Shown one piece after another: positions 5,075 to 5,899 of a stretch of 5,899 bases of DNA (positions within the stretch are counted from its first letter, which is position 1; every line of letters starts with the position of its first letter). The DNA is from a virus. A model generated the notes under the pieces. That model was given only the letters and a program-made list of their open reading frames with translations, was not told the DNA's origin and ran no database searches. The stretch spans positions 1-5,899 of IMG/VR virus record IMGVR_UViG_3300045988_010060; one strand, 5' to 3'. The position numbers and the translations under genes were made by a program.

Positions 5075-5180
5075 GAGCGTAAATCCGAAGAAGGACCAGA
5101 GAATCTTCACCAACACAGCGAAGAAGACCAAAAAAATCAACGTGAACCCGAAGCCGTCACGCGGCGGCATCCGGCTGTGA
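5061..5180 (+). CDS. Small basic DNA-binding/packaging peptide (gokushovirus ORF8-like, phiX J analogue), 39 aa
   Basis: RBS AAGGAGG at 5048-5054 lies 6 nt before the ATG. The product is MTHRKSVNPKKDQRIFTNTAKKTKKINVNPKPSRGGIRL, with 12 Lys/Arg and 1 Asp. The F-x-x-TA core and C-terminal RGG-x-RL match my memory of this peptide family. Confidence 0.7.
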   Translation: MTHRKSVNPKKDQRIFTNTAKKTKKINVNPKPSRGGIRL

Positions 5181-5380
5181 AGCGGGTGAAGGACCTCGAA
5201 AGCTTTGGAGTGAGCGTAAAACTAGGCTACAAAGAAATGATGCTGGTGGACGAACTTCAAAAGCTGATTGAGGAAGAGACAAGAGAAAAAATAAGCGCTG
5301 GAAAAATCCTCAGAGCGCTCATCAAAGAAGGATTAAAAAACAGCCAAGCAGTAAGAGAGGAGCTTGAAAATGATTTATGA
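5177..5380 (+). CDS. Second small ribbon-helix-helix-like protein, 67 aa (RHH2); start codon uncertain
   Basis: GTG 5177 overlaps the upstream stop (GTGA). FGVSVKLGYKEMMLVDELQKLIEEETREKISAGKILRALIKEGL fits a strand (VSVKL), helix 1 (KEMMLVDELQKLIEEE) and helix 2 (AGKILRALIKEGL). There is no strong RBS. GTG 5186 is an alternative start. Confidence 0.5.
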   Translation: MKRVKDLESFGVSVKLGYKEMMLVDELQKLIEEETREKISAGKILRALIKEGLKNSQAVREELENDL

Positions 5381-5621
5381 CATCTACGCAATCAAAGACG
5401 AACTGGCCGGAACCTTCGGCAACCTGATGATTATGCTCGACAAGGTAGCAGAACGGAACTTCAAGTGGATCATGCTTGAAAGCGAAAAAGCAGACTGCGA
5501 CGACCGCAGGATCTACTACATGGGCAAATATGACAACGAGAGCGGCGCGATCTACGCAGAGCAGCCGAAACTCGTCTACAATCTGGAAGAGGAAAAGAAA
5601 AATGCCAAAGAGAATCTTTAA
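5370..5621 (+). CDS. VP5: VP5-like non-structural protein, 83 aa
   Basis: RBS GAGGAG at 5356-5361 lies 8 nt before ATG 5370 (the track starts at TTG 5364). MIYDIYAIKDELAGTFGNLMIMLDKVAERNFK...RRIYYMGKYDNESGAIY fits the Y-x-I-x-D...F...A-x-R-x-F...G-x-(F/Y)-D-x-E-(T/S)-G pattern I recall for gokushovirus ORF5/VP5. It sits in the conserved position just before VP3. Confidence 0.6.
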   Translation: MIYDIYAIKDELAGTFGNLMIMLDKVAERNFKWIMLESEKADCDDRRIYYMGKYDNESGAIYAEQPKLVYNLEEEKKNAKENL

Positions 5622-5899
5622 GCCCTTTGAAGATGAAAAACCGGAAGCAAAAGAAAACTGCTGCGGAAACCGTATGGAACCGCAGTACGCCGAACGATAC
5701 GACGAAAACGGCAAAGCCTACCTTGAAAAGGTCGGAGAGGTGGACACTTACGAAAAAATCCAGAGTTACCGGGATGAATGCGACGTAATGGCAATCCTGA
5801 GCAGATACGCAGCAGGAGACGAAACAGCACTAGCAACGCCGGGGTGGTACATCGACACCAGCAAACTTCCGAGCACATACACCGAATACATGAACATGA
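5602..5899 (+). CDS. VP3: Internal scaffolding protein VP3, N-terminal part; runs off the window end and continues at base 86 (equivalently base 1 follows 5814)
   Basis: RBS GAGGA at 5589-5593 lies 8 nt before ATG 5602. My manual translation is MPKRIFKPFEDEKPEAKENCCGNRMEPQYAERYDENGKAYLEKVGEVDTYEKIQSYRDECDVMAILSRYAAGDETALATPGWY..., with no stop before the window end. It is absent from the ORF track only because it is open-ended. Confidence 0.8.
   Translation, partial: MPKRIFKPFEDEKPEAKENCCGNRMEPQYAERYDENGKAYLEKVGEVDTYEKIQSYRDECDVMAILSRYAAGDETALATPGWYIDTSKLPSTYTEYMNM
5815..5899. repeat. Terminal redundancy: an exact copy of 1-85
   Basis: Identical 85-nt string at both window ends. Confidence 0.95.

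Noticed and set aside
5177-5621. RHH2 plus the overlapping downstream 83-aa ORF as a type II toxin-antitoxin pair (RHH antitoxin upstream of a small toxin).
   Set aside because: The downstream ORF matches the pattern and conserved position (just before VP3) of the gokushovirus VP5 non-structural protein. I see no RelE/ParE/CcdB-like features. This is not fully excluded without HMM searches.
16-5878. All minus-strand ORFs in the track, for example 1446-1946 (166 aa), 4832-5170 (112 aa, very hydrophobic, TM-like), 5322-5714, 4323-4688 and 261-572.
   Set aside because: They are antisense shadows of confidently assigned + strand genes. The + strand is A-rich and T-poor, so its complement yields F/L/V/C-rich pseudo-hydrophobic translations. 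None has a visible RBS, and Microviridae encode all their genes on one strand.

Overview
The window is a complete, circularly permuted genome of a Gokushovirinae-like Microviridae ssDNA phage. Bases 1-85 are identical to 5815-5899, so the unit length is 5814 nt and the scaffolding gene wraps the junction. All credible genes are on the + strand, which is visibly A-rich and T-poor. The core genes are major capsid VP1 (285-1928), pilot/minor capsid VP2 (1941-2906), rolling-circle Rep VP4 (3285-4403), a 39-aa basic J/ORF8-like DNA-binding peptide (5061-5180), a VP5-like protein (5370-5621) and scaffold VP3 (5602..5814 joined to 1..288). The non-core content flanking rep is more interesting. There are two small ribbon-helix-helix (RHH)-like proteins (2981-3181 and 5177-5380). 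There are two near-consensus sigma70 promoters, both built on 13-nt phased GGTGTA(T)AA(T) repeats (2928-2950 and 4569-4621). A self-contained promoter-ORF-terminator cassette encodes a very acidic, Trp-rich 84-aa protein (4563-4924). A perfect 16-bp stem-loop with 10-nt phased AATTG repeats lies just upstream of rep (3192-3261). A GC-rich hairpin island lies downstream of rep (4404-4550). My main hypothesis is an RHH/iterated-operator transcriptional circuit, plus a moron-like accessory gene, inside a roughly 5.8 kb microvirus. All functional calls rest on recalled motif patterns and need HMM and structure searches to confirm.
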